A DNA stretch of 45,494 nucleotides from Clostridia bacterium (GCA_045589295.1 JAZNOU010000018.1:1-45494); one strand, 5' to 3'; numbered from the stretch's first letter, positions 18,050 to 30,959 are shown. Numbers and translations: made by a program. The notes: generated by a model not told the origin, from the sequence alone.

Positions 18050-18496
18050 TTTGCAAGAGAAGACTTCACATCTGCAGGACTTGATGCACTTGGAGTGATT
18101 CCTGTTTTAGGCGAAATCGCCGACACTGCAAAAATCGCCAAAGTAGCGGACAAAGCTTTGGAGGCGACGAAGGCAGTAAACAAAGCAACAAAAAAGAGCA
18201 AAAGTATTATTACTGCAACAAAAAAGAGTTCTGCTTTAAAAAGTGTTGCTGAATTACCATCAAATATTCAAAAAAGTGCAAAGTCATTCTTTAAAGGTAG
18301 TTCTAACAACTACAATAATTATTCTGTAATAAAAAACAAGAATAATACTTATACAATAAAAATGGAAAATCCGGGTAAAGTCCCTGGTTCAAAGGCGGTT
18401 TACTACAAAATTGTTGACAGTAATGGTAAAACTATAAAAGTTTACAAGGATACTTTTGATCCTTTAGGAAATCTTGTTCATAGAAAGGATAAATAG
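18050..18496 (+). pseudogene. Orphan polymorphic toxin C-terminal cassette 2
   Basis: Same pre-toxin segment, different basic tip PGKVPGSKAVYYKIVDSNGKT...KDTFDPLGNLVHRKDK. In-frame stop at 18047-18049 upstream. Confidence 0.75.
18051..18190 (+). repeat. Pre-toxin homology block, copy 2
   Basis: Imperfect direct repeat of 17192-17331, offset 859 bp. Confidence 0.9.
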
Positions 18497-18498
18497 AT

Positions 18499-18861
18499 AT
18501 GAAAGCAGTATTAAGTGATTTTTTGAAATTAAAAATAGATTTAAACCAATTAAAAGGAAAGTTAGGGGAAGACCTTTACAATATTAAAATTACAAAACCT
18601 GAAAAGGTATGTGCAAAAGATCTGATATTCTTAATAAATCAATATACTTCAGGAAAAATTTCCATGCAAGCTGTTGTGGATTGGGTTAATGTTGTTTGGT
18701 TTACTGATTTGTATGAATATAATCCGTTGGAAGAAGAATCTATAGCAAGTGTTATGTCATTGCTTGAAACACTAGACGAAAGCGATGTTGATATCTCAGA
18801 TAAAGAATTCTCAAAAATGGTCGAGTGTCTTATAACCAATACGATATATGGGTTATGTTAA
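18499..18861 (+). CDS. Cognate immunity protein for cassette 2
   Basis: 120 aa, acidic, starts 2 bp after the toxin stop. Confidence 0.65.
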   Translation: MKAVLSDFLKLKIDLNQLKGKLGEDLYNIKITKPEKVCAKDLIFLINQYTSGKISMQAVVDWVNVVWFTDLYEYNPLEEESIASVMSLLETLDESDVDISDKEFSKMVECLITNTIYGLC

Positions 18862-18878
18862 TAAAGTGGTGATATCCA

Positions 18879-19244
18879 ATGACAAGTAAAGAACTTAAAT
18901 TAAAACTAATAGAAGCTTTGCCTGAAATCAAAGATGTATACAATGAAGAAACAAGTTGGCAGGAAGGTGATGAAACAGGCTCACATGTTGTTTATGAAGA
19001 TGTATTTGTGCCTTTTATAAAGGAGCAAATAGAAATTAAAAATAAAAATTCACTAACTAAAATATTTGAGTTTCTTGAGGAATTAATCAAATCTGGCAAT
19101 GATTATGCAATTGAAGTAGTTACATTAAGCGTTCTTGAATCGTTGCTTTTTGATGAAGATACAGACACAAAATTTTTTCTTCAATTTGCAAAAGAAAAAA
19201 CTTTGAAAATTATTCAGGAGATTGTGCAGGATTTAGAAACTTAA
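18879..19244 (+). CDS. Putative orphan immunity protein
   Basis: 121 aa acidic helical protein (HVVYEDVFVPF...IFEFLEEL...SVLESL); no adjacent toxin. Confidence 0.55.
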   Translation: MTSKELKLKLIEALPEIKDVYNEETSWQEGDETGSHVVYEDVFVPFIKEQIEIKNKNSLTKIFEFLEELIKSGNDYAIEVVTLSVLESLLFDEDTDTKFFLQFAKEKTLKIIQEIVQDLET

Positions 19245-19335
19245 TATTTGTAAGATAGGAGATGTGTTGTATTTTTGTTGAAATACAATTGTTTGCAAAC
19301 CTACAAATTTGTGGCAGTTGTATGATTTATAGTAT

Positions 19336-19371
19336 ATTGTGTATATGACAGGTAGCGCTCTGCCCCTGCCA
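19336..19371 (+). repeat. attR: attP half-arm plus 13-bp core repeat (displaced tRNA 3' end)
   Basis: ATTGTGTATATGA-caggtagcgc-TCTGCCCCTGCCA. Confidence 0.85.
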
Positions 19372-19374
19372 CAA

Positions 19375-19401
19375 AAAGAGACCGCTAATAGCGGTCTCTT
19401 T
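19375..19401 (+). terminator. Probable original tRNA-Trp terminator
   Basis: AAAGAGACCGC-taata-GCGGTCTCTTT immediately after the CCA repeat. Confidence 0.75.
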
Positions 19402-19528
19402 GTTGTATTGTTTACTTATAAATTTATAGAATAAATTACTTTTCTGTGTAATTTTATTTTTATTACAAATAAAAGATTTTGCAAGGATAATAATTCCTTT
19501 TGAATAGAACAATTTTTTTATATTTTTA

Positions 19529-19557
19529 TTGCATTTTTTTGGAAATTAAGGTAAAAT
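19529..19557 (+). promoter_or_regulatory. SigA-type promoter of the atp operon
   Basis: TTGCAT-17-TAAAAT. Confidence 0.55.
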
Positions 19558-19609
19558 ATATTTTGTATGCAAGTAGTATGACTAAAATTTAAAGTCGGAG
19601 TAAATAATA

Positions 19610-19987
19610 ATGGAAAAAATAGATAAAGTAGTGTTAAAAGAAACATATTTCATTTTATATGTTTCAGTAGTTTTAAGTACGTTGATGCAGGCGGTTATAT
19701 TGATTGCTTTTAGTTGGAACTACACACATCTTTTAGGAAATATTTTTGGGATTTTTGGTGCTGTTTCAAACTTTTTATTAATGGGAGTTACCGTGCAGAA
19801 AGCGGTTTTAAAAGAGCCAGATGATGCAAAAAAACTTATAAAGCTTTCCCAGGGGCTAAGGCTGTGGTATATGCTTTTGATTGCATTAGTCGGATATCTT
19901 GTGCCTGTTTTTAATTTGTTTTGTGTTGTAATTCCGTTTTTGTTTCCAAGAATTGCAATAGCACTTAGAACGATAAAAAAGAAATGA
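19610..19987 (+). CDS. atpI: ATP synthase protein I
   Basis: 4-TM 125-aa protein, first gene of the atp operon. Confidence 0.75.
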   Translation: MEKIDKVVLKETYFILYVSVVLSTLMQAVILIAFSWNYTHLLGNIFGIFGAVSNFLLMGVTVQKAVLKEPDDAKKLIKLSQGLRLWYMLLIALVGYLVPVFNLFCVVIPFLFPRIAIALRTIKKK

Positions 19988-19997
19988 GAATAATGAG

Positions 19998-20897
19998 GTG
20001 AATATTTTGGCAAAAACAAACATAAGATTTAAGCTTATTGACACCTTTTATATTATAATGATGATTTTACCTTTAGCGTTTGGAATGGTGATTAACACAC
20101 TTACAAAGCCTTTGAGCGAGGGAATAACGCTAAAGGGGGCAAGAATATTTTTTACAATTCCTATGCCAATCCAAAATCTTCCGATTACTGAAGCTCAGGT
20201 AAATTCTGCTTTGGTTGTTATAACTGTGTTGTTTTTCTGCTTATATATGACGCACGGAATAAGCGAGCATATAAAGCTCAAAAGACAACATTTTGCAGAG
20301 TTGATTATAGAAAAGGTAGATGGACTTGTTGTCGCAAATATGGGTGAGCATTTTAAAGGATACTCGTCATTTATAATAGCTATAATGGCACTTTCTGCTG
20401 TGTCAAGTCTGTCTTCGCTGTTGGGATTGTTCCCGCCTACATCAGACCTTAACATAGTAGGAGGATGGGCACTTCTGGTTTTCATTTTAATAACATATTA
20501 CAAACTAAAATGCGGACCGCTTTATTATTTAAAAGGCTTTACACAGCCAATAGCCGTTTTAGCACCAATAAACTTTATAAGCGAGTTTGCTACACCTGTT
20601 TCAATGAGTTTTCGTCACTACGGGAATATACTCTCAGGAACGGTTATTTCAACTTTGATTGCGGCAGGTCTTTCAGGTCTTTCTGCGATGCTTTTAAAGT
20701 TTTTACCAGGGTTTTTATCGGAAATTCCATGGTTGCAGATTGGTATCCCTGCTGTGCTTTCAATTTATTTTGATGTGTTCAGCGGATGTCTGCAGGCGTT
20801 TATCTTTGCGATGCTTACAATGCTTAATGTATCGGGAGCATTTGATATAGATGAGTTTAAAAAAAGAAAAACAAAAAAACTTGCAATAAACAAATAA
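19998..20897 (+). CDS. atpB: Fo subunit a
   Basis: PPTSDLN, PVSMSFRHYGNI, LQAFIFAMLT. Start may be TTG 20007. Confidence 0.95.
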   Translation: MNILAKTNIRFKLIDTFYIIMMILPLAFGMVINTLTKPLSEGITLKGARIFFTIPMPIQNLPITEAQVNSALVVITVLFFCLYMTHGISEHIKLKRQHFAELIIEKVDGLVVANMGEHFKGYSSFIIAIMALSAVSSLSSLLGLFPPTSDLNIVGGWALLVFILITYYKLKCGPLYYLKGFTQPIAVLAPINFISEFATPVSMSFRHYGNILSGTVISTLIAAGLSGLSAMLLKFLPGFLSEIPWLQIGIPAVLSIYFDVFSGCLQAFIFAMLTMLNVSGAFDIDEFKKRKTKKLAINK

Positions 20898-21206
<309 letters not shown>

Positions 21207-21233
21207 TTTTGTTTTATACAAGGAGTAGGAAAA

Positions 21234-21732
21234 ATGCAAACATTAGATATTATTTCAATTAACATCTGGCAGACGCTTATTTCTCTTGCCAATCTTTTGA
21301 TTATGTTTTTGCTGGTTAAAAAGTTTTTATATAAACCTGTAAAAAATATGCTTGAAAAAAGACAGGAAACAATTGATGGCAAATACAGCGAAGCGGAAGA
21401 AGCAAGAAACAAAGCATTGCTTGATAAAAAAAGCTATGAAGAGAAGTTGTCGGGGGCTAAGAAAGAAGCTGACAGCTTAATTCAGTCTGCTGTGGATATT
21501 GCACATTCAAGAGAAGATGAAATTTTAAGTGAGGCAAAACAAAAGGCTGACGGAATTATTCGTCAGGCACAGCAAAATGCTGAACTTGAAACCAAAAAGG
21601 CAGAAAAGGCAATAAAAGATGAGATTGTTAAAGTGGGTACTGTTATTGCCGAAAAAATGCTGGGTCGTGAAGTAGATGTAAATGACCACAAGCAGATGAT
21701 TGATTCCTTTATTGAAGAAATAGGTGGCGAAA

Positions 21733-21746
<14 letters not shown>
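21234..21746 (+). CDS. atpF: Fo subunit b
   Basis: N-terminal TM, KFLYKPV, coiled coil. Confidence 0.93.
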
Positions 21747-23750
<2,004 letters not shown>

Positions 23751-23753
23751 TGA

Positions 23754-24551
23754 ATGGGAAGCACTAAAGAGCTGAGAGTCAGAATTAAAAGTGTAAATTC
23801 AACACTTCAGCTTACAAAGGCTATGGGGCTGGTTGCGTCATCTAAAATCAGACGTGCAAACGATGCAATGAACAAAGCAAGACAGTATGTATCTGCTTTG
23901 GAAAACGCGGTAAAAGTTTTAACGTCTTCATCTGATACTTTGAAAAGTCCTTATATGAGAACAGGCGAAAATAACAGAACCAGGATTATCGTCATTGCAG
24001 GCGATAGAGGCTTGGCAGGTGGTTATAACGCAAATGTGTTTAGGCTTGCTGCAGAATTTCCTGAGGCTGAGTTCATTCCTATAGGAAAACGTGCCTGTGA
24101 AAGATATTCACAATCTGTTATATCATCTGAAAAATATAATTTTGATGATGCAAATACCTTGGCACAAAAGCTTTGCGAGGATTTTAAACAAGATAAGTTT
24201 GACAGACTTGGAATTATTTATACGAAATATATTTCGGTTATGTCTTCAGAAGCTCAAATTAGATGGATTTTGCCGTTTGAAAAAAGTGAAAGCAAGGAAA
24301 CGGGACTGGTTTTTGAGCCTGATCCTTTAACTGTTTTAAACAACGTAGCACGCGAATATGTGGCAGGTATGATTGTTTCTTATGTAAGAGAAAGTTTTGC
24401 CAGCGAAGTTGCGTCAAGAAGAATGGCTATGGACAGTGCAGGCAAAAATGCAAAACAGATGATAGATGACCTTAGTCTTGAATACAATCGAGCAAGACAA
24501 GGTGCAATCACTCAGGAAATTACTGAAATTGTTGCCGGAAGCGGTAACTAA
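23754..24551 (+). CDS. atpG: F1 subunit gamma
   Basis: DRGLAGGYN, YNRARQGAITQEITEIV. Confidence 0.96.
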   Translation: MGSTKELRVRIKSVNSTLQLTKAMGLVASSKIRRANDAMNKARQYVSALENAVKVLTSSSDTLKSPYMRTGENNRTRIIVIAGDRGLAGGYNANVFRLAAEFPEAEFIPIGKRACERYSQSVISSEKYNFDDANTLAQKLCEDFKQDKFDRLGIIYTKYISVMSSEAQIRWILPFEKSESKETGLVFEPDPLTVLNNVAREYVAGMIVSYVRESFASEVASRRMAMDSAGKNAKQMIDDLSLEYNRARQGAITQEITEIVAGSGN

Positions 24552-26227
<1,676 letters not shown>

Positions 26228-26233
26228 TTTGTG

Positions 26234-26259
26234 AAGGGGCTTTTTAAGTCCCTTTTTTT
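26234..26259 (+). terminator. atp operon terminator
   Basis: AAGGGGC-tttttaa-GTCCCTT-TTTTT. Confidence 0.7.
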
Positions 26260-26290
26260 ACAAATTTGCTAAAAGTATGTATAAATTTGC

Positions 26291-26319
26291 TTGCTTTTTC
26301 AGCGTTTAGGATATATAAT
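26291..26319 (+). promoter_or_regulatory. SigA-type promoter
   Basis: TTGCTT-17-TATAAT. Confidence 0.6.
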
Positions 26320-26378
26320 ATAGTTGTAACTGTAAAAATATTTGGAATTTTCCAAACAGTAAAGGAGATGCAGATATA

Positions 26379-27368
26379 ATGTTAAAAGTAGGAATTATCG
26401 GAGCAGGTGGCGGCATTGCAAAAAATCATTTCAATGCATATGACGAGCTTGCAAAGAAAGGTATGGCAGAGGTTGTAGTTTGTTGCGATGCGCATCCTGA
26501 AAATATTGAAGCTAAAGAAAATGTGCGTATATATAGCGATTACAACGAACTTATTGAAAAAGAAAAAGGAAACCTTGATATCATAGATATTTGTCTTCCA
26601 ACTTTCTTACATAAAGAAGTTTCAATAAAAGCATTGGAAGCAGGTTTTCACGTGCTTTGTGAAAAACCTATGGCACTTAATTATGAAGATGCAGCTGCAA
26701 TGGTTGAAGCTTCAAAAAGAACTGGCAAAAAACTTATGATTGCACAGGTTGTACGTTTTATGTGGGATTTCGAGCTCATGCGCGAATATATTAAAAACGA
26801 GGAATTAGGAAAAATAAGAAACGTTAAAGTAACCGAATATATCAAGGGATTGCCACTTGGACAAGACGGTTGGTTCAGAAAGAGAGAACTTTCCGGTGGA
26901 GCTATATTTGATGTTCATGTTCATGCAGTAGACTCATTGATTTGGTTCTTTGGTGTGCCTGAAAGCGTTAGCACAATAGCTAATTACAATGATGGTGTAA
27001 AATATGACGCGATTTCTACAAACGTTGTATACAAAGACGGAACATTTGTAAATATACAGGCAGACTGGGCAGCAGCAAGTGCAATGCACAATCCAGGACG
27101 TACATTACGTCTTAACTTTGAAAATGGATACATAATCAGAGACGGTTCACAGGTAGTAAAAGTTGACAGAGATGACAATGTTGTACCTTTGACAGTTGCA
27201 AATGCACAAAATTGCTACAACAAAGAAATTGAGTATTTCGTTAATTGTGTAATAAATGACGAACCTTTGGATGTGTGCCCACCTGAAGAATCTGCTATGG
27301 CTATAAAATTTGTTTGTAACGAAATTAAGTCAGCAGACAATAAAGGCGAAAAAGTAATGTTTGACTAA
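26379..27368 (+). CDS. Gfo/Idh/MocA family oxidoreductase
   Basis: GIIGAG, HVLCEKP, GGAIFDVHVH. Confidence 0.93.
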   Translation: MLKVGIIGAGGGIAKNHFNAYDELAKKGMAEVVVCCDAHPENIEAKENVRIYSDYNELIEKEKGNLDIIDICLPTFLHKEVSIKALEAGFHVLCEKPMALNYEDAAAMVEASKRTGKKLMIAQVVRFMWDFELMREYIKNEELGKIRNVKVTEYIKGLPLGQDGWFRKRELSGGAIFDVHVHAVDSLIWFFGVPESVSTIANYNDGVKYDAISTNVVYKDGTFVNIQADWAAASAMHNPGRTLRLNFENGYIIRDGSQVVKVDRDDNVVPLTVANAQNCYNKEIEYFVNCVINDEPLDVCPPEESAMAIKFVCNEIKSADNKGEKVMFD

Positions 27369-27371
27369 TAA

Positions 27372-27398
27372 AAAAAGCAGACCTTAAAGGTCTGCTTT
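27372..27398. terminator. Bidirectional terminator
   Basis: AAAGCAGACC-ttaaa-GGTCTGCTTT between convergent genes. Confidence 0.75.
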
Positions 27399-27402
27399 AA
27401 TT

Positions 27403-28287
27403 TTATTCATTTGCAACTGTAACAATTATCTTATATTCAATACTTTCATCAAGCAGTAAAAAGTTTGATTCAAAAGGAATGTTGTTTTCAGTTAGTTTTT
27501 GCTGTGCCTGATATAAAAGATAAGCATTGTCACCTAACAGCTCTGTTGCGCGGTCTAAAAACTGTTGTGAAACAAATACAGTAGCTTGTATTTCTTCTTT
27601 TGCTTGTTCAACAGGATTTTCTTCATCTGCTGTTACAGGTTCGGGCAATATTCTCGCATAGCTTGCTGAACCACCACCGCTTGCAGAAGCAGTTTGCGTA
27701 TCAGTTTCGTCAGAAGCTGCAGCAATTGGTGTATTTTCAGTTGTGGGTTGCTCTGCGGCTATTGCAACATCTGTGGTTAATGTTGACTCAGACGATGTAT
27801 TTGTTTCAGGAATTGGTTTCTGTTCCTTTGCGGCGTTGGTTTTTGACGTAGTATCGGCTGCGATTTCAACGTTTTCTTGTTGAGTGTTTTCTGATGCCGA
27901 TAAGGTTTGTTCCTGATAGCTTTGGTTGCTTATTTGTGGGGGCATAAATTTGTCCTCTTCAAGCAATCCGCTTTTTAAAACAAATGCAAATACAAATACT
28001 GCCGCAATAGCGGTATACAGACGGTAGTTTCTGTAAAAAGGAACGACCTTTTTTTCTTGTTTTTCGGCATTTTCTTTGTATTTAAGGAAATCCTCAAACA
28101 AATTTTCGGGAACGGGCATAGCAGGAGAATCTTTAAGTATTTGTTTTGAGTTTAATAAAATCTCAAGCTTTTTATTGCATTTTTCACAAGTTTGAATGTG
28201 GTTTTCTACTAAAGCTTTTTCTTCCTGTGTGATATTATCGTCGCAGTATGATGTAATTAAATCGCTTAATTTATGGCAATCACTCAT
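27403..28287 (-). CDS. Zinc-binding (zf-HC2) anti-sigma factor
   Basis: HIQTCEKC motif, one TM, low-complexity extracellular region; downstream of an ECF sigma gene. Confidence 0.88.
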   Translation of the reverse strand: MSDCHKLSDLITSYCDDNITQEEKALVENHIQTCEKCNKKLEILLNSKQILKDSPAMPVPENLFEDFLKYKENAEKQEKKVVPFYRNYRLYTAIAAVFVFAFVLKSGLLEEDKFMPPQISNQSYQEQTLSASENTQQENVEIAADTTSKTNAAKEQKPIPETNTSSESTLTTDVAIAAEQPTTENTPIAAASDETDTQTASASGGGSASYARILPEPVTADEENPVEQAKEEIQATVFVSQQFLDRATELLGDNAYLLYQAQQKLTENNIPFESNFLLLDESIEYKIIVTVANE

Positions 28288-28334
28288 TTTTTGCCCTCCC
28301 TTCATTTAAATTAAAGTTTGTTTTCATCACTTAA

Positions 28335-28359
28335 GACGAAAGTATTTCAAAAAAGTTCC
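28335..28359 (-). promoter_or_regulatory. ECF-type promoter in front of the anti-sigma gene
   Basis: GGAAC-N16-CGTC on the minus strand, overlapping the sigma gene stop codon. Confidence 0.6.
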
Positions 28360-28913
28360 TTGTTTTTTGAAATAATTTCATAAAGTGCATTTCTTGCACG
28401 ATTTATCCTAGATTTTACAGTTCCCTCATTGCACATTAAAATTTCCGAAATTTCTTCATAGGATAAGCCGTTTATGTCACGTAAAACTAAAACAGTTCTG
28501 TGATTTTCAGAAAGTTTGTTCATTGCCTCGTGAACCAATTTTTTGGTTTCCTCTGTGTCTAGCACTTCTTCGGGGGTAGGAGCAGTGTCTTTGATATTTT
28601 CGATATAAGTGTCTCCCTCAGCGTCCATTTGTGCATTTAAAGAAAACACGTTGCTCTTTCTGTGTTTTTTAATATAGTCCAGTGCGGTGTTGGTCACAAT
28701 TCTGTAAACCCAGGTAGAAAACTTTGATTTGCCCTCGAAATACTGAATGTTTTTATATATTTTAAGCAAAGTTTCCTGAGAAATATCATAAGCATCATCT
28801 GCGTTTGTGCAGATTTTAAAAGCAGTGTTATAAATAATACTCTGGTATTTAACAACAATTTGCTCAAATGCACTCATATCGCCTTGCTGGGCTTTTTTAA
28901 TTATATCTTCCAT
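28347..28913 (-). CDS. ECF RNA polymerase sigma factor (SigW/RpoE-like)
   Basis: DAYDISQE, FSTWVYRI, GLSYEEI, GTVKSRINRAR. Confidence 0.93.
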   Translation of the reverse strand: MEDIIKKAQQGDMSAFEQIVVKYQSIIYNTAFKICTNADDAYDISQETLLKIYKNIQYFEGKSKFSTWVYRIVTNTALDYIKKHRKSNVFSLNAQMDAEGDTYIENIKDTAPTPEEVLDTEETKKLVHEAMNKLSENHRTVLVLRDINGLSYEEISEILMCNEGTVKSRINRARNALYEIISKNKELF

Positions 28914-28947
28914 TTACCGCACCTCCTTTGCTTTTTGGTAAAATTAA

Positions 28948-30105
28948 TCAGTTGCCGAGCAGTTTGTCAACAGAAGTTTCGCTCATTTCGCCTGTTTTTA
29001 AGTTTCTCATTATAGCGGTTTCTTCGTTTACCCATATAATAATGGTAATTCCTTTTTCTTCACCGTATTCTATAGCCTCAATCATTGATGCACCTGAAAC
29101 GTAGTCTTCAACTTTAAGCCCTTGTGCACGAAGTCCGAATGAAACTTTGTAAGCGAGCTTTGGAATGTCAGATGCAACAAGCGCTAAAGGAGTAAGTTTT
29201 GCATCGGTATCAGCATCTGAATGTATCAGCTCTGTGATTTTGCTTATTTCCAGATGTCCTGCTACAAGAGGGATGTTTCTGCCGAAGTTTTTTGCCAAAG
29301 AGGAACATCTTCCGCCTGAACATACGGTAAAATCTTCTGTTTTGTTAACAGTCCCTTTAAAAAGCATTCCATCATAGTAGTTTTCATTGTCCGCGATAGA
29401 TAAGTCAACCTGAATATATTTTTCCATATCGTAGTCGCACAAAAGCTTGTAAATTCTTTTGATGTTTGAAATAGCATTTCTGGATTTTTCACCTAAAATA
29501 TCCATATTTATTTCATCAAAAATATTAAGGTCGCCAAAAAGGGTAGGTAGTGACAGAATAAGTTTTTTAATATCACTTTCCATATTGTTTTTATCAAGAT
29601 ATTCTTCAAGTTTCTGAGCGTTATTTTCGCAGATTAGTTCTTTTAAAGCTTCTAAGTTTAAACCATACTTTTCTGCGATACCTGAAATAAACTCTGCGTT
29701 TGAAACAGAAATTGTAAATTCTGTCATTCCGATTCCAAGAAGTGAGTTAATCATAATGGAAATGACTTCTGCATCGGCTTTGGGATTGCTTTCGCCTGCA
29801 AGACATACTCCGGAAAGCGAAATTTCGCCTATGTCACATCCCATATAGGATTTTTGTTTATATACGTTGCCTGAAAAGTAGAGTCTTTCAGGTAAAATAC
29901 AATCTTTTAATGTTGTAGAAAGCTGTTTTGCGACAGGAACAACCAGGCTTTCCCTTATTTTTGCATCAGTAGCACATAAAAGGGGTAAGTCGATCTCGTT
30001 GTAGCAATAACTTTCAAATATTCCTAAAATGTTTTTTTCAATGCTTCTTTTTAAGGTGCATTTGCTGCCTTCAAAAACAAGCGGTTGTATATTAATATTT
30101 TTCAT
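28948..30105 (-). CDS. hisZ: ATP phosphoribosyltransferase regulatory subunit (HisZ-like, divergent HisRS paralogue)
   Basis: PERLYFSGNVY, ADAEVI, YYDGMLFKG, SGGR; motif 2/3 catalytic residues eroded. Confidence 0.7.
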   Translation of the reverse strand: MKNINIQPLVFEGSKCTLKRSIEKNILGIFESYCYNEIDLPLLCATDAKIRESLVVPVAKQLSTTLKDCILPERLYFSGNVYKQKSYMGCDIGEISLSGVCLAGESNPKADAEVISIMINSLLGIGMTEFTISVSNAEFISGIAEKYGLNLEALKELICENNAQKLEEYLDKNNMESDIKKLILSLPTLFGDLNIFDEINMDILGEKSRNAISNIKRIYKLLCDYDMEKYIQVDLSIADNENYYDGMLFKGTVNKTEDFTVCSGGRCSSLAKNFGRNIPLVAGHLEISKITELIHSDADTDAKLTPLALVASDIPKLAYKVSFGLRAQGLKVEDYVSGASMIEAIEYGEEKGITIIIWVNEETAIMRNLKTGEMSETSVDKLLGN

Positions 30106-30205
30106 AGTACACCTCAGTTACAAGTATACAGATTTTTTGGCATTTTGTCAATAATGCACTTGCAATTTTGGGGGCATAGAGTAAATACAAAACGAGCTTT
30201 TTAAT

Positions 30206-30238
30206 AAAAAAAAAGAGAGTGTAAAATTTACACTCTCT
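30206..30238 (-). terminator. rpsF-ssb-rpsR terminator
   Basis: AGAGAGTGTA..TACACTCTCT hairpin followed by a poly-T run on the minus strand. Confidence 0.75.
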
Positions 30239-30250
30239 AAAACGCAATTA

Positions 30251-30505
30251 TCAATCGCTTGAATAAGGAAGTAATGCAATATGACGAGCTCTTTTGATAG
30301 CTTCTGTAAGCTGTCTCTGATGTTTTGCACAAGTTCCTGTAATTCTTCTTGGAAGAATTTTAGATCTTTCAGATACAAATCTTCTTAATTTTGCAGTATC
30401 TTTGTAGTCGATATGTTCAACTTTATCTGCACAGAACTGACAAACCTTTTTCTTAGGTTTTCTGTTTCTGTTAAATTTTTCTTTGTATTCTTTAACTTCT
30501 GACAT
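30251..30505 (-). CDS. rpsR: 30S ribosomal protein S18 (Zn-binding form)
   Basis: [25 protein letters not shown]. Confidence 0.98.
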   Translation of the reverse strand: MSEVKEYKEKFNRNRKPKKKVCQFCADKVEHIDYKDTAKLRRFVSERSKILPRRITGTCAKHQRQLTEAIKRARHIALLPYSSD

Positions 30506-30521
30506 TAGTTACACCTCCGTT

Positions 30522-30959
30522 TTAAAATGGTAAATCGTCGTCATCCGGCGAAATTTCGAAATCAGGACTTTTTGGCATCTGCTGAGCGGCAGGAGCTTCT
30601 GTAGGCATTGGTGCCTGATAGCTTGTACCTGCGTTATCTCTCTTGCCTTCTGCGAAGTAAACTTCATCTGCAACAACTTCTGTTACATAATGTCTTTTGC
30701 CTTCGTTATCGTCCCATGTTCTCGTCTGAATACTGCCGCTTAAGGCCATAAGCTGACCTTTGGAAAAATATTTTGCAACAAACTCGGCTGTGGTGCGCCA
30801 TGCAACGACATTGATAAAGTCTGTCTGACGCTGCTCGCCTTGACGGGCATAATTTCTGTCAACTGCAACCGTAAAAGTAGTTACGGCAACATTTGACGGT
30901 GTGTATTTTAGCTCAGGGTCTTTAGTTAAACGACCCATTAAAACTACTTTATTCAGCAT
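30522..30959 (-). CDS. ssb: Single-stranded DNA-binding protein
   Basis: NKVVLMGRLTKDPEL; C-terminal DDDLPF. Confidence 0.98.
   Translation of the reverse strand: MLNKVVLMGRLTKDPELKYTPSNVAVTTFTVAVDRNYARQGEQRQTDFINVVAWRTTAEFVAKYFSKGQLMALSGSIQTRTWDDNEGKRHYVTEVVADEVYFAEGKRDNAGTSYQAPMPTEAPAAQQMPKSPDFEISPDDDDLPF

Larger units (their letters stand above)
927..19371. mobile_element. ~18.4-kb integrative element inserted in the tRNA-Trp 3' end, most likely by its large serine recombinase
   Basis: Direct repeat TCTGCCCCTGCCA at 927-939 and 19359-19371. Inner inverted repeats 941-953 / 19336-19348 (12/13 match). Integrase, Rep, helicase and accessory genes inside; core atp operon immediately outside. 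Confidence 0.9.

Noticed and set aside
17192-18190. CRISPR array or IS terminal repeats
   Set aside because: Only two long coding repeats; no regular short repeat-spacer pattern or transposase seen anywhere in the window.
17236-18496. GTG-started 137-aa and 133-aa ORFs as complete genes
   Set aside because: The GTG is an internal Val of the pre-toxin segment and homology continues upstream; treated as orphan fragments. Weak internal initiation cannot be excluded.
927-19371. Prophage or ICE
   Set aside because: No capsid, terminase, tail, VirB4 or coupling-protein genes recognised.
19327-19512. 61-aa minus-strand ORF
   Set aside because: Spans attR and a terminator; AT-rich with no RBS.
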